From NCBI GenBank assembly GCA_963665115.1, contig OY762007.1, positions 2,080,001 through 2,144,000 of the forward strand: DNA of 64,000 nucleotides, written 5' to 3'. Made by a program: the position numbers and the translations under genes. The DNA is from an uncultured Rivularia sp. (lineage in GTDB: Bacteria; Cyanobacteriota; Cyanobacteriia; Cyanobacteriales; Nostocaceae). Below, piece after piece: positions 53,463 to 63,587 of the stretch. How positions within the stretch are numbered: position 1 is the first letter of the stretch; the number at the start of each line of letters is the position of its first letter. The notes below the pieces were generated by a model. The model was not told the DNA's origin. It saw only the letters and a program-made list of their open reading frames with translations, and searched no databases.

Positions 53463-54536
53463 CTAAAAATTTCCAAATTCTTCAAACTCACCCAGCATCT
53501 CCTCAAAAAGATCGTCAATTATTTCTTGATTTCTTTGTTGTAGAATGGGAGGGCCACCAAGAAATTTTTTAATTGTAATTTTCTTATCTCTAAAATCTTT
53601 CACAAAGTTACAAATAGAAGATATCACCTCAATTTCAGATTCTACTTGTTCGACGGTTTGAGAAATCGGATCTATTCCTCCTTTAACCGCTTTTCTATAA
53701 CCTGAAACCATTTGCCCTTCGTTGGTATTTTTAGCTAATCGCAGTTCGCTTTTTAAATTCTCATACTGAGTTTTCAGAAACTCGTTATGCTGCTCTAACT
53801 TATTACATTGTCTGGTTAAGTCATCTTCACTGTTAATTGAAAATGATTCTTCTACCTGATGCAATCTTTCAATTTCTAGCAATTTGGCTAAATCACCTTC
53901 TTGATAGGCTTTATTAATTTCTTTCATAATTTCTGTATGGTGCATCTGGATATCACTATCTTTTACCTTATCTGGGTGAAATATCTCAGCTAACCTTAGA
54001 AATGTTTGACGAATTTTCTTCGATCCAGTAGCTCTATTTGCAGAAGAAAAATCTGGTTGTGTTTCTTGATATCCTTGCTCGGAATCCCGATACCTATCCG
54101 TGTTTTCATTTCTTGAATCGGAGAAGTCACTTTCTTCTTCCTCTGCTTCAAAAAAATCTTCTGGGAAATCATTTTCTATCGAACTTAGTTTGACACTGAT
54201 TATCCCTCCAACTTGAAGGCTGCGGTAAACTTGTTCAATATTTTTTCTGGTTTGCTTTCCTAATTTTCGTGCAGTCAAAATTTCATCAAATAGTGAATGT
54301 ATTTCCTCATCCAAAGATGCCATTTTTTGAAAACAAGGAGTACATCTACTATGTATTTCTGTTGCTACAGCACGCATCTGTTCGAGAAAGTTCTGCTGCT
54401 CGGTGCGTTTTTTCTTAATTTGCTTGAGCAACCACTGATGTTCTTTTTCTAAGGTTTCCAAACGGATATGGAAAGATGAAAGAGCAAGTGAGGTTGCTGG
54501 TGAAAATGTAGATGGGGATGAAACAGGTGTAGACAT
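53463..54536 (-). CDS. J-domain protein with coiled-coil flanks
   Basis: IRQTFLRLAEIFHPDK...MKEINKAY. Confidence 0.85.
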   Translation of the reverse strand: MSTPVSSPSTFSPATSLALSSFHIRLETLEKEHQWLLKQIKKKRTEQQNFLEQMRAVATEIHSRCTPCFQKMASLDEEIHSLFDEILTARKLGKQTRKNIEQVYRSLQVGGIISVKLSSIENDFPEDFFEAEEEESDFSDSRNENTDRYRDSEQGYQETQPDFSSANRATGSKKIRQTFLRLAEIFHPDKVKDSDIQMHHTEIMKEINKAYQEGDLAKLLEIERLHQVEESFSINSEDDLTRQCNKLEQHNEFLKTQYENLKSELRLAKNTNEGQMVSGYRKAVKGGIDPISQTVEQVESEIEVISSICNFVKDFRDKKITIKKFLGGPPILQQRNQEIIDDLFEEMLGEFEEFGNF

Positions 54537-54697
54537 AGAAGAAAATATGGGTTTGTTCCAGGTTAATGTACCAATTAGAACTGCATTCGGGAAAGTATTT
54601 ACTTCCCGATGGCTACCAAACTTCTAATAATTTACTACTTTTTTTGATTTTATCAATGAAGGTTAGTGTAGAAAAATTTCACAACCTGCCTTAGCAT

Positions 54698-54916
54698 CTA
54701 CAGAAATTTAAAGCCTAATGCTGTTTGAGCATAAACTAATTCAATCTCTGATTCCTTTAAAGACAATAACAAAGGTTCTTTACTATTACTAAAAGGATTA
54801 TTGATTAATCGAATTATCCAACGCCCTGCTATTTCTTCTGGAGCCTCAACTATACCGTGAAATTCAAATACGTATTTGGGATATAATATTTTAACTAAAC
54901 TTCCTATTTTTATCAT
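54698..54916 (-). CDS. Small hypothetical protein, SH3/KOW-like
   Basis: MIKIGSLVKI...GIVE...GRWIIRL beta-strand pattern; AGATAAGAAAG upstream. Confidence 0.6.
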   Translation of the reverse strand: MIKIGSLVKILYPKYVFEFHGIVEAPEEIAGRWIIRLINNPFSNSKEPLLLSLKESEIELVYAQTALGFKFL

Positions 54917-55004
54917 CTTTCTTATCTTCCATTTTGATTGATAGTGGATTTATATTGCCTCTAAATATGATTTATTAAAAAAGTATGTTTTGTTAAATTT
55001 TAAA

Positions 55005-55217
55005 TTATCTTGCTATGGGGAACCAACTAGTTGAAGCTTGTTGTAGTTCATTCAAATTATATTGAGATTTCCAACCACAATGGTAACATTGGAATCCAAA
55101 TGTACGATTTGTTAAATATTCACGATACTTTATTCTTACAGAACTGCAACAGGGACAAGTTCCCATAAGTACTAGCGATTTTAACTCTTTTCCTGTTTCT
55201 TGTTGCTTCTCAAGCAT
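55005..55217 (-). CDS. Small zinc-ribbon protein
   Basis: CPCC...CYHC; start uncertain (55280, 55217 or 55166). Confidence 0.6.
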   Translation of the reverse strand: MLEKQQETGKELKSLVLMGTCPCCSSVRIKYREYLTNRTFGFQCYHCGWKSQYNLNELQQASTSWFPIAR

Positions 55218-55747
55218 ATAACTAATCCTTTGTACTTTGAAGTTAACTAAGCTATTTACTTCTAAAGGCTTATAACTCAATGTGTAACTTAATTACCGAT
55301 CTATATATAAATCTATATTGTGCTTTTTACCTGAAATTTTGCCAAAATAAATAAATTAAAAAAATAAATTAGTTTAAAGTCTAGTTTATTATATATCTAT
55401 GGAGGTAATTATTTTTTATTTGTGATTAATATTATTTTACAAAAGCAATGATTTATTCTTGCTTATTATAATTGCACCTAATTGAGAAAAACTCAGGTTA
55501 CACTTTAAAAATTTGCGATTTTATAACTTAAGATATAGCTAAGTTACAAGCGTTCAATTTGTAACTAATCGAAGATATAACAATTTTTGATAGACAACAA
55601 AAACATTCCTTTATCTTCTGCTTAAACAAGGAAAAAAATAAATATTTTTAAAGCTTTAACTTTCAATAAGTTTGATTGTTTATACTAAACTATCGGGATT
55701 AAAGCCTTCTGTCATATTTGAGATTGACATAATGTTCTCCCTCTGTC

Positions 55748-55763
55748 TGTACGGCATCGTACC
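55748..55763. promoter_or_regulatory. Palindromic Crp/NtcA-type site
   Basis: TGTACGGCATCGTACC, i.e. GTACG-N4-CGTAC (also GTA-N8-TAC). Confidence 0.55.
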
Positions 55764-55769
55764 TATGTC

Positions 55770-56501
55770 TTAAGTTTGTTTCGGTTTGAGCAAGCGGATA
55801 TACTCATTTTTAATAACTTGATAGCATTCGCAGGCTGTAGCACTTAGAGCTTCTCGACTTAGAATACTAATTTTTCCACGGGTATAGCGAATCATTCCCG
55901 CTTGTTGAAGGGTACCTGCTGCAACGGTTACGCCCGAACGACGAGTACCTAACATTTGAGAGATAAATTCTTGGGTAAGGTGTAATTCATCTTTCATGAC
56001 GCAATCTTGCGTTGTCAGCAGCCAGCGAGCAAGTCTTTCTTCAATATTATGTTGTCTGTTGCACGCAGCGTTTTGTGAAGCTTGGGTAAATAACGCTTGC
56101 GTATAAAGTAACAAAAGTCTTTGCAATTCTCCACCCCGATCGAACTCGCTTTTTAATATGTTGCCGTTAAGCTTTAACACACTACCATCAACTTGAACTA
56201 TGGCGCGACTCGTAGTAGAATCACCACCCAAAAAGACGGGCAAACCTACTATCCCTTCTTTACCTACTAAGCTTATTTCTGTTGTCGAACCGTTTTCCAT
56301 GATTGAAACTAAAGAAATCATCCCTAAAATAGGAAAATAAACTTCTGTGATTTTTTCCCCTGGTTCCCACAACACATCCCCAGAAATTAATTCAACATAT
56401 TCTAAATGAGAAACCAACCGTTGATAATCCTCCGGAGGTAAAGCTGCTAGCAATTGATTAACGATCGCACTACTAATATCGTCGGACATATGAAAGAACA
56501 C
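55770..56501 (-). CDS. Crp/Fnr family transcriptional regulator
   Basis: cNMP-binding-like domain, EERLARWLL, and HTH LTQEFISQMLGTRRSGVT. Confidence 0.93.
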   Translation of the reverse strand: MFFHMSDDISSAIVNQLLAALPPEDYQRLVSHLEYVELISGDVLWEPGEKITEVYFPILGMISLVSIMENGSTTEISLVGKEGIVGLPVFLGGDSTTSRAIVQVDGSVLKLNGNILKSEFDRGGELQRLLLLYTQALFTQASQNAACNRQHNIEERLARWLLTTQDCVMKDELHLTQEFISQMLGTRRSGVTVAAGTLQQAGMIRYTRGKISILSREALSATACECYQVIKNEYIRLLKPKQT

Positions 56502-56805
56502 AATCTTCTTAATTGAGTCGTATTTGGAAAAATATCTGACGACACAAGAAAAATAAAAAATATCTGAGTCATGTCTAGAGGCATTTTTCCGTTGAATTGC
56601 TTACAATATCAGCACAGCAACAATATCCAATTTGAAAAAAGAATTTTACAGGTGGCTTGCTCGATTAATCGAAGCCCCACAAGCTTGCTATAACGAATAT
56701 TCCGAAAAGCAGCAGCATATTCAAAATCAAATATCAAAAATGGTATTATCTCTGCTGACACCGTATGTCTGTAAACAAAAGAATACCTCGATCCCAGAAA
56801 AAAAC

Positions 56806-56821
56806 AGTACGCTATCGTACA
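56806..56821. promoter_or_regulatory. Palindromic Crp/NtcA-type site
   Basis: AGTACGCTATCGTACA, i.e. GTACG-N4-CGTAC. Confidence 0.55.
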
Positions 56822-56870
56822 TAAGCTAGTGAAAGTTTAAGAAAATATAAAAATTTAATAATTCAACTAT

Positions 56871-57575
56871 CTATTTTAGTAGACGTTTGAACTCGTTATA
56901 GATCGATCCATAGCATTCGCAGGCTGCTTGTTCGAGTTCCTTTCTGTTCAAGATAGTAATCTGTCCCCTGCTATAACTAATCAACCCTGCTTTCTGAAGT
57001 GCGATCGCCGCTTCTGTGACGCTAGCACGACGAACTCCAAGTATTTCGGATATAAATTTTTGGGTGAGCGGTAACTCAGGCATACTTACACAGTCATGAA
57101 CGGAAAGCAGCCAACGAGCCAGTCTTTCCTCGATTAGATGATGCGATTTACAAGCAGCTATTTGTGATATCTGAGTTAATCTTGCTTGGGTGTAAAGTAA
57201 GAGCTTTGCCTGTAATTGTTTTCCTCTTTCAAATTCGCTTTTGAGTATGGAGGCATCCATTTTAAGTGCGTTGCCTTCTACTTGCACAATGGCACGATTT
57301 GTTGAGATATTTCCTCCTAAAAATACAGGAATACCTACCATTCCTTGATTACCTACTAAACCGATTTCTGTAGTTGAACCATCTTTCATCATCGAAACCA
57401 AAGAAATCATTGCCTCTGTAGGAAAATAGACTTCCTTTATCGACTGTTTTGGTTCGTAAATAATTTGCCCCAAAACCAAACTAACAGGCTCTAAGTAAGG
57501 AATAAGACGCTCGTATTCCCCAGGAGGTAAAGCCATCAGTAGTTGATTAGCCGACATCTGAGGCGAATCAAACAT
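56871..57575 (-). CDS. Crp/Fnr family transcriptional regulator (paralog)
   Basis: EERLARWLL and LTQKFISEILGVRRASVT. Confidence 0.93.
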   Translation of the reverse strand: MFDSPQMSANQLLMALPPGEYERLIPYLEPVSLVLGQIIYEPKQSIKEVYFPTEAMISLVSMMKDGSTTEIGLVGNQGMVGIPVFLGGNISTNRAIVQVEGNALKMDASILKSEFERGKQLQAKLLLYTQARLTQISQIAACKSHHLIEERLARWLLSVHDCVSMPELPLTQKFISEILGVRRASVTEAAIALQKAGLISYSRGQITILNRKELEQAACECYGSIYNEFKRLLK

Positions 57576-58145
57576 AGGGTAATAAAATCTCTTTTTGTTA
57601 ACGTTTTCTTCAGGCAGAGTAAGTATTACTTGTTTCTAAAGTGGTACTTTTACAGCATTATTGAGGAAATTTATGAATCCGGTCTAATTTTAAAACAAAT
57701 CTAAGTATTTTAAACGGTGTTAGGGGGAACATCATAACGCATAACCATGATGATTTTAGTACGTTCCGCTACGGTTGACACGATCTATATTTTCTAAAAT
57801 TCAAATAGTTTTATAGGTATTATTTAGATGATGATAAAATTTAAATTTATTCTGTTCCCTATTTCCTATTCCCTATTGGCTTATTCAAATTAATTTTTTA
57901 GCATACTATGTAATGAAGAACCGTATTTATTATTTTTAGCAATAATCTGAGTCTTTGATTTTGAAATATATTTAACTAAAATTCTTAAATAACTAAAGTC
58001 TATTTTTATCAACATACAGTTAAGTTAATATTATTTTAGGGTTCATAATCTTTTTTTAACAAGTAAATATAAGCATTATTTATGATGCCGATAATAAATA
58101 CTTGTATTCAATGTAAGACCCAGATAATTTCGATTTATTAAAATA

Positions 58146-59318
58146 TCAATCTTTGATTGTAGATAATCCACCACTTTGATATAAATCTTCTAACACTTGA
58201 GTGGCACAAACCAAAGCCACCAATCCAATTATCACTATAGGCTGCGAACTTCTCCCTAATAGAGCTAGAAATATCAGAATTGCAGCAGCCCCAAGTCTGT
58301 ATTTTGCTCTAACTTTGCATCTAAATATCATTCCCGTTCTATGGAGAATGCTTAAACTTAATAAACATAAGGCGACTCCACCACAAATCAGCCAACGATG
58401 TGGGGTTGGTAGCGCTTTGCTTACATCGCTCATTATCACCTTTTCCACACCAACTCCTGTAGTAGCAAGTCCAATTACCAACGGTAAATGTCCGTAAAGC
58501 CAAACTTGAATTAGTCCCACTTTTCTATCAACATTGGCACTTAAAATTGAACCGCTGACATTTTCAAAATAAACCCACCACAAACTAAAAGCAATAACAA
58601 AGCCAAACACCGCACAAATAGCGCTTTGTACGTCCCATTGTTGTTCGGAAACTCCATTGACAACAGCAATAATTGCTTCACCCAAAACAATAATTGTAAA
58701 CAGCCCAAAACGCTCCGGTAAATGTTCGGGATGGGGAAGTAAAGCAACCTGAAAACGTTTTGCACTGATTCCAGTAATAAAATCCACAGCTAAACCCAAT
58801 ACCCAAAGTACGAAACGTATAGGAATTGGTACAAAAGCCGATATTAACCACAAAACAGCAGCAATAGAGAAGCCAACACAGTAATATTTAGCTAAACCTC
58901 GGGCTTGAGGAATATGTTTAATAACTCGTAGGTATTCCAAAACAAGGGTAAATCTTGTTACGGCGTAAGCAATAGCAAAGCCAGGAGAAGTTTCACCCAA
59001 ACCATGATGAATATTTACAGCAAGAGCAGCGACTGCTAACATTTGTAAGCCAGTTAATAGCCGATGTTTAATATCATCGCTATCAAATCGATTTGCATAA
59101 AATGTAGTTCCAATCCATGCCCACCATACCGGAACAAATAAAAATACAAAGCCAAGAAAACCTTTTAAAGAAGTATCTTCATATAAATAATGAGCAATTT
59201 GCGAGACAGCAACTACATAAACCAGATCGTAAAAAAGTTCTAACCAAGTAGCATGACGGTGTTCTTCAGCTACTTCTTCACCTATACGTAAACGGGGTAC
59301 TTGCAACCAGCCTTTCAT
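58146..59318 (-). CDS. ltrA: Low temperature requirement protein A family membrane protein
   Basis: ATWLELFYDLVYV and HLPERFGLFTIIVLGE motifs. Confidence 0.9.
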   Translation of the reverse strand: MKGWLQVPRLRIGEEVAEEHRHATWLELFYDLVYVVAVSQIAHYLYEDTSLKGFLGFVFLFVPVWWAWIGTTFYANRFDSDDIKHRLLTGLQMLAVAALAVNIHHGLGETSPGFAIAYAVTRFTLVLEYLRVIKHIPQARGLAKYYCVGFSIAAVLWLISAFVPIPIRFVLWVLGLAVDFITGISAKRFQVALLPHPEHLPERFGLFTIIVLGEAIIAVVNGVSEQQWDVQSAICAVFGFVIAFSLWWVYFENVSGSILSANVDRKVGLIQVWLYGHLPLVIGLATTGVGVEKVIMSDVSKALPTPHRWLICGGVALCLLSLSILHRTGMIFRCKVRAKYRLGAAAILIFLALLGRSSQPIVIIGLVALVCATQVLEDLYQSGGLSTIKD

Positions 59319-59414
59319 ATTAATAATTAAGAATAAAAATTGAAAAAAGGGAGTAGGGGGGGTAGAGAGGAAAGGAGTTATTACACCTTTAACCTTTAAC
59401 CTTTAACCTTTAAC

Positions 59415-60993
59415 CTATAAAACTTTCTGTCGCCGATCGATCGTTAACAACGCAACTACAGCACTGGCAACTGAAGCGGCTGCGGCAATAAACATGATTA
59501 AACGAAAACTATCTACATAAGAAAGTGCAATTGCTTTTTCTATGGCATTTGTTAACTCATTACTTATATTATCTGGAACTTTTGCGGCGGCTAAATTTAT
59601 TCTTTCTGCCGCTAAGGCTTGCCGTACTTGAGATGGTACATTTAACTGATCCAAACGCCGATCGAGACTGAGATTAAAAGCATTAAAAACAAAGATATTA
59701 AAAATGGCGATCGCCAATAATCCAGCAGTACGAGAAACAGCGTTGTTGACTCCCGAAGCAACACCAACTTGACGCTTTCTCACTGAACCCATAACGGTTG
59801 TTGTCAAAGGAGCAACGCTAACTGACATCCCCAATCCTAATACTACAATCGCGGGAAAAAATGTTAACCAATAACTACCGCCAATTCCGGGTATTGCAAA
59901 AAGTATAAAACCAACTGCTGCGATTATTGGCCCTACCATCAAAGGTAACTTAGCATTGTAGCGATTAACTAGATTACCAGACCATCGCGACAGGAAGAAC
60001 ATAATGAGAATAAACGTTAAAAACACCGCACCAGCAGCTATCGGTGAGTAACCTTGAACCTGAATTAAATTGAAAGGAACAAAATAGAAAACTCCTCCCA
60101 AAGCTGCATATAGTAGTAACGTCAGTAAATTAGCACCCAAAAAGGTACGGGATTGAAATAAAGATAAAGGCATCATCGGGCTGTAAATATTAGCTTCTAC
60201 AAAAACAAACGCACCTAAAACAATTATTCCAAATACCGTGCAGCTAATAACCAAGGGATGAAAAAGTCCTAAAGCAGAAGATTCAATTAACCCAAAAACT
60301 GTAGCTCCTAAACCCAAAGTTGCTAGTGTTGCTCCCCAATAGTCCAATCGGGTAAATTCTCTATCGCGACTTTCTGGAACGTAACGAAATAAAATTGATA
60401 AGATTGCGATCGCGAAGGGCACATTAATAAAAAATATCCATCTCCAAGATAGATTTTCTATCAGCCAACCGCCTAAAATTGGACCAAATGCTGAAGTTAT
60501 AGCCGTAAAACCCGACCAAGTACCAATAGCTTTTCCTCGCTCAGAATCGATAAAAGAGGCACTAATAATCGCTAAACTTCCGGGAACCAATAATGCACCA
60601 CCAACTCCTTGAAAAGCACGAGCAATTATTAGTTGATTAATATTAGGCGATAAAGCACACCATCCAGAAGCAAAAGCAAATAAAGCAATTCCACAAGCAT
60701 AAATTATTCTTCTTCCAAATCGATCTCCTAAAGATCCACCCACCAAAATTAGAGCAGCTAAAAACAAAGCATAAGATTCAACTACCCACTGTACTTGAGT
60801 AGCATTTGCATTCAAAGATTCTTGCAGTACTGGCAGCGCAACATTGACAACAGTGCCATCAATCATTGCCATACTCGAACCGAGTATAGTCGCCACTAGA
60901 AACCCAACGTTCGGTAGTGCGAGAACAAGAAGTAGAGCATCGTTTTGCATTGATGACTCCAGTATCACATGGCGGTTTTACAATGTTTGACAT
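59415..60993 (-). CDS. MFS transporter (DHA2/EmrB-like); apparent +1 frameshift at ~60900-60902
   Basis: DGTVVNVALP, GSLGDRFGRR and WRWIFFIN motifs. ATG 60993 (MSNIVKPPCD...ERWV) is one base out of frame with LVATILGSS; 525 aa when corrected. Confidence 0.88.
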
Positions 60994-61299
60994 TTCAAGC
61001 GACTAAGAGCGCGACTGTAAAAATTTTACCGGAATTTGTTGATTTTTCTCTATTAAATATAAAATGTGAACTTTGTCAATTCTCTTTTTGTTGATTTTGA
61101 ATATATTGTTAGACATAATATTGGACATATCTAAGCTTGCATAAGTCCTATTTTTAGAGTTAACAAAAAAGCATTTTTCATCAGGCATAATAGAACAAAA
61201 TTGTACTAAAATAAATTGTAGGTATAAACGCTTTTTATCAGTTAACTCTGAAGCGTTTCTACTTCTGAAGAATGTTTGTTTTATCTATTAACCGTAAAA

Positions 61300-61437
61300 A
61301 TGGCTGAAAAATCCGACCGTCAAAAGCGAATTATGGAGCATCTTGCTCGCAGTACAAACGATTTTATCAAACCCAAAATTAATTCTGTTGAAAGACAGCA
61401 GCGAATTTTAGAGCATATTCGTATGACTAAAGGTTAA
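61300..61437 (+). CDS. 45-aa small protein with internal duplicated motif
   Basis: MAEKSDRQKRIMEHLARSTNDFIKPKINSVERQQRILEHIRMTKG, followed by a terminator. Not in the ORF track. Confidence 0.7.
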   Translation: MAEKSDRQKRIMEHLARSTNDFIKPKINSVERQQRILEHIRMTKG

Positions 61438-61445
61438 ATTGATTT

Positions 61446-61474
61446 GGAGGTGGGAGATTCCCGCCTTTTTTTTT
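61446..61474 (+). terminator. Intrinsic terminator
   Basis: AGGTGGGA-GAT-TCCCGCCT stem followed by a T tract. Confidence 0.75.
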
Positions 61475-61594
61475 AATCCTAATTTGTAATATCTAGTTGT
61501 TATTTTTTTGATAGTCAAATTTATATTAAATAGAATAATTTATTTTTAATTATTAGTGGTACATAGATATTTTTATGAAAAAGTTACTTTACCT

Positions 61595-61707
61595 GGCGAT
61601 TGAAATCACTGCTACACAAGCAAAACCCGCCTTCGCGGGTTAAGAATTAATTAGTCCACGCAGGTGGACTTTGCCTGTGTAGTAGCGGTTTTAACCGCCG
61701 GATACTT
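61595..61707. repeat. Palindromic dispersed repeat (second copy of MITE core)
   Basis: Near-identical to 40644-40757 but lacks the TIRs. Confidence 0.85.
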
Positions 61708-62090
61708 GTCAGCTTTAGAGAAAGCCTGTAGCGATACAAAATATACAGATTTTAGAAACTAACCTGCTTTAATAATTCATTAAAATAAATTTATTATTTA
61801 AGCGAATATAAACGATCAATTTTAGATAAAATAAATCTAAGAAAAATAGTTAACATCTTACCTAACTTGAGATAGAGAATGGTTTTATCCCGTTTTGCTC
61901 GCGAATGGTATATTTTTTTGTGTCTTGATTATACATATATCTAGCGAGCATCTCTGTAATTATCTCTACAAATGCAAGTAAAAAAGACCTATGAATTAAA
62001 AATAACTGTTAAAAATAAGTAACCAATTTACTTTTGAATTCAACCTTAATTATAAAAGCGCTTCATCTATTATTAACTTCTTTACAAGCC

Positions 62091-63422
62091 ATGAAATCCC
62101 CTGAATCCCAAACCAAACTTCAAGAAAATAGTTCTCAAAAAGCTAAACAATGGCCGCAACGTTTAATTTTGATACTGATACCAGTAGCTTTAAGCATTGG
62201 TGGAGTAGCAGTACTTTTTCGTTTGCTTGCTCGCGAAAAAACATCGCCTTCAAGTATTACAGTTCAACAATCACCGCTATCAGTTGAACTAGCTGATGTA
62301 CAAGCAAGTCAAATAAAAGAAAGTTCGGAGTTCATTGCTAGTTTACAATCATTAAACTCGGAGAGTCTTCAAGCAAAAACTCAAGGAAAAGTATCTCAAG
62401 TTTTTGTCAAAAAAGGCAGCCAAGTTACAGAGCAAGCTCCTTTATTACAAATTGACTCCAACAATCAAGCTGTTAAAGCTAATAATAACAGTGGTGGTAA
62501 TAGCGCAATACAATCGAATCAGCTACAGCTACAAAATGCTCGTACCCAACTTCAAGACTTAGAAGTTCAACAGTTATCGAAGCTACAAAATGTAAGATTA
62601 AACCAAGAAAAATACGAAAAATATTCTAATCTAGCCGCACAAGGTGCCGTATCCAAACAAACCAAAGATGAATACGCTCAGAGACTTGAAGCAGCAAAAC
62701 TCGAATTTAATAGTTTAGATGCCAAAATACAGGCACAGCGAGCAACTGTATCTAGTTTAGAAAAAGCATTACAGCAAGCATCAGTAAAAATTACCAACAA
62801 TCTTCCTGCGCCACAGACATCACAGAAATTGCAGCAATATAAAGTTCAAGCCCCTTTCAAAGGTACCGTCACAAATATTTCAGTAAAAGTAGGAGATTTA
62901 GTCAACCCTTCAACCAGAGTTGCGATGGTGACTCAAAATCAACCTTTAGAAGTTGATATTCCAGTTTCCCTTGAAAAAAAATCGCAGTTACGCAAAGGTA
63001 TGGCAGTAGAAATCATCAACTCCAAAGGTGAAAATATAGGTACGGGTAAAATATTTTTCATTTCCCCGAAAGTTAATCAAAATACCCGTACTGTATTAGT
63101 GAAAGCGTTATTTGATAACAAAGAAAGAAAGATGCAAGCAGGAGAATTTGCCAAAGCGAGAATTAATTGGAATCAACATTCCGGTTTATTAATTCCTACT
63201 ACCGCAGTATTTCGTATCGCTGGAGAAGCTTTTGTATATGTAGCTGAAAAAATAAATTCGACAACAGCAACCTCAACCCTAGTAGCCAAACAAAAACAGG
63301 TAAAATTAGGTAAAACAATAGATAATAAATATCAAGTTATTGAAGGATTGCAGCCAGGGGAAAAGGTTGTTGTTTCCAAATTATTAAATATCAAAAATGG
63401 TGATGTTTTGGTAATTCAATAA
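62091..63422 (+). CDS. Efflux RND periplasmic adaptor (membrane fusion protein)
   Basis: N-terminal TM, lipoyl halves (VKKGSQV; APFKGTV..VKVGDLV), coiled coil, and IPTTAV / GLQPGEKVVV motifs. Confidence 0.88.
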   Translation: MKSPESQTKLQENSSQKAKQWPQRLILILIPVALSIGGVAVLFRLLAREKTSPSSITVQQSPLSVELADVQASQIKESSEFIASLQSLNSESLQAKTQGKVSQVFVKKGSQVTEQAPLLQIDSNNQAVKANNNSGGNSAIQSNQLQLQNARTQLQDLEVQQLSKLQNVRLNQEKYEKYSNLAAQGAVSKQTKDEYAQRLEAAKLEFNSLDAKIQAQRATVSSLEKALQQASVKITNNLPAPQTSQKLQQYKVQAPFKGTVTNISVKVGDLVNPSTRVAMVTQNQPLEVDIPVSLEKKSQLRKGMAVEIINSKGENIGTGKIFFISPKVNQNTRTVLVKALFDNKERKMQAGEFAKARINWNQHSGLLIPTTAVFRIAGEAFVYVAEKINSTTATSTLVAKQKQVKLGKTIDNKYQVIEGLQPGEKVVVSKLLNIKNGDVLVIQ

Positions 63423-63587
63423 TTATGGTTTTGACTCGGTAACGCCTTTACGTACAAAAAGTGCAAGAGTTCCAAGTATTAGAAAAGCCACTCCCCACCA
63501 AAGAGAGTCACCGGGAAGAACTTTTAGTAGAAGCGTAGTTAATCCAGAACTCAGTAGCGACCATCCTATTGTTGATTGATTGCCCAT
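63423..63587 (-). CDS. 54-aa small membrane protein
   Basis: AAGGA RBS; MGNQSTIGWSLLSSGLTTLLLKVLPGDSLWWGVAFLILGTLALFVRKGVTESKP. Not in the ORF track. Confidence 0.65.
   Translation of the reverse strand: MGNQSTIGWSLLSSGLTTLLLKVLPGDSLWWGVAFLILGTLALFVRKGVTESKP

Noticed and set aside
1459..60413. Frequent GCGATCGC octamers
   Set aside because: HIP1, a well-known genome-wide cyanobacterial feature; useful only for taxonomy.
60926..60937. 12-nt match (CTCTACTTCTTG) between the predicted TnpB guide and the MFS 5' region
   Set aside because: Guide positions 1-2 mismatch, no evident TAM, and a match this short in AT-rich DNA is plausibly chance.
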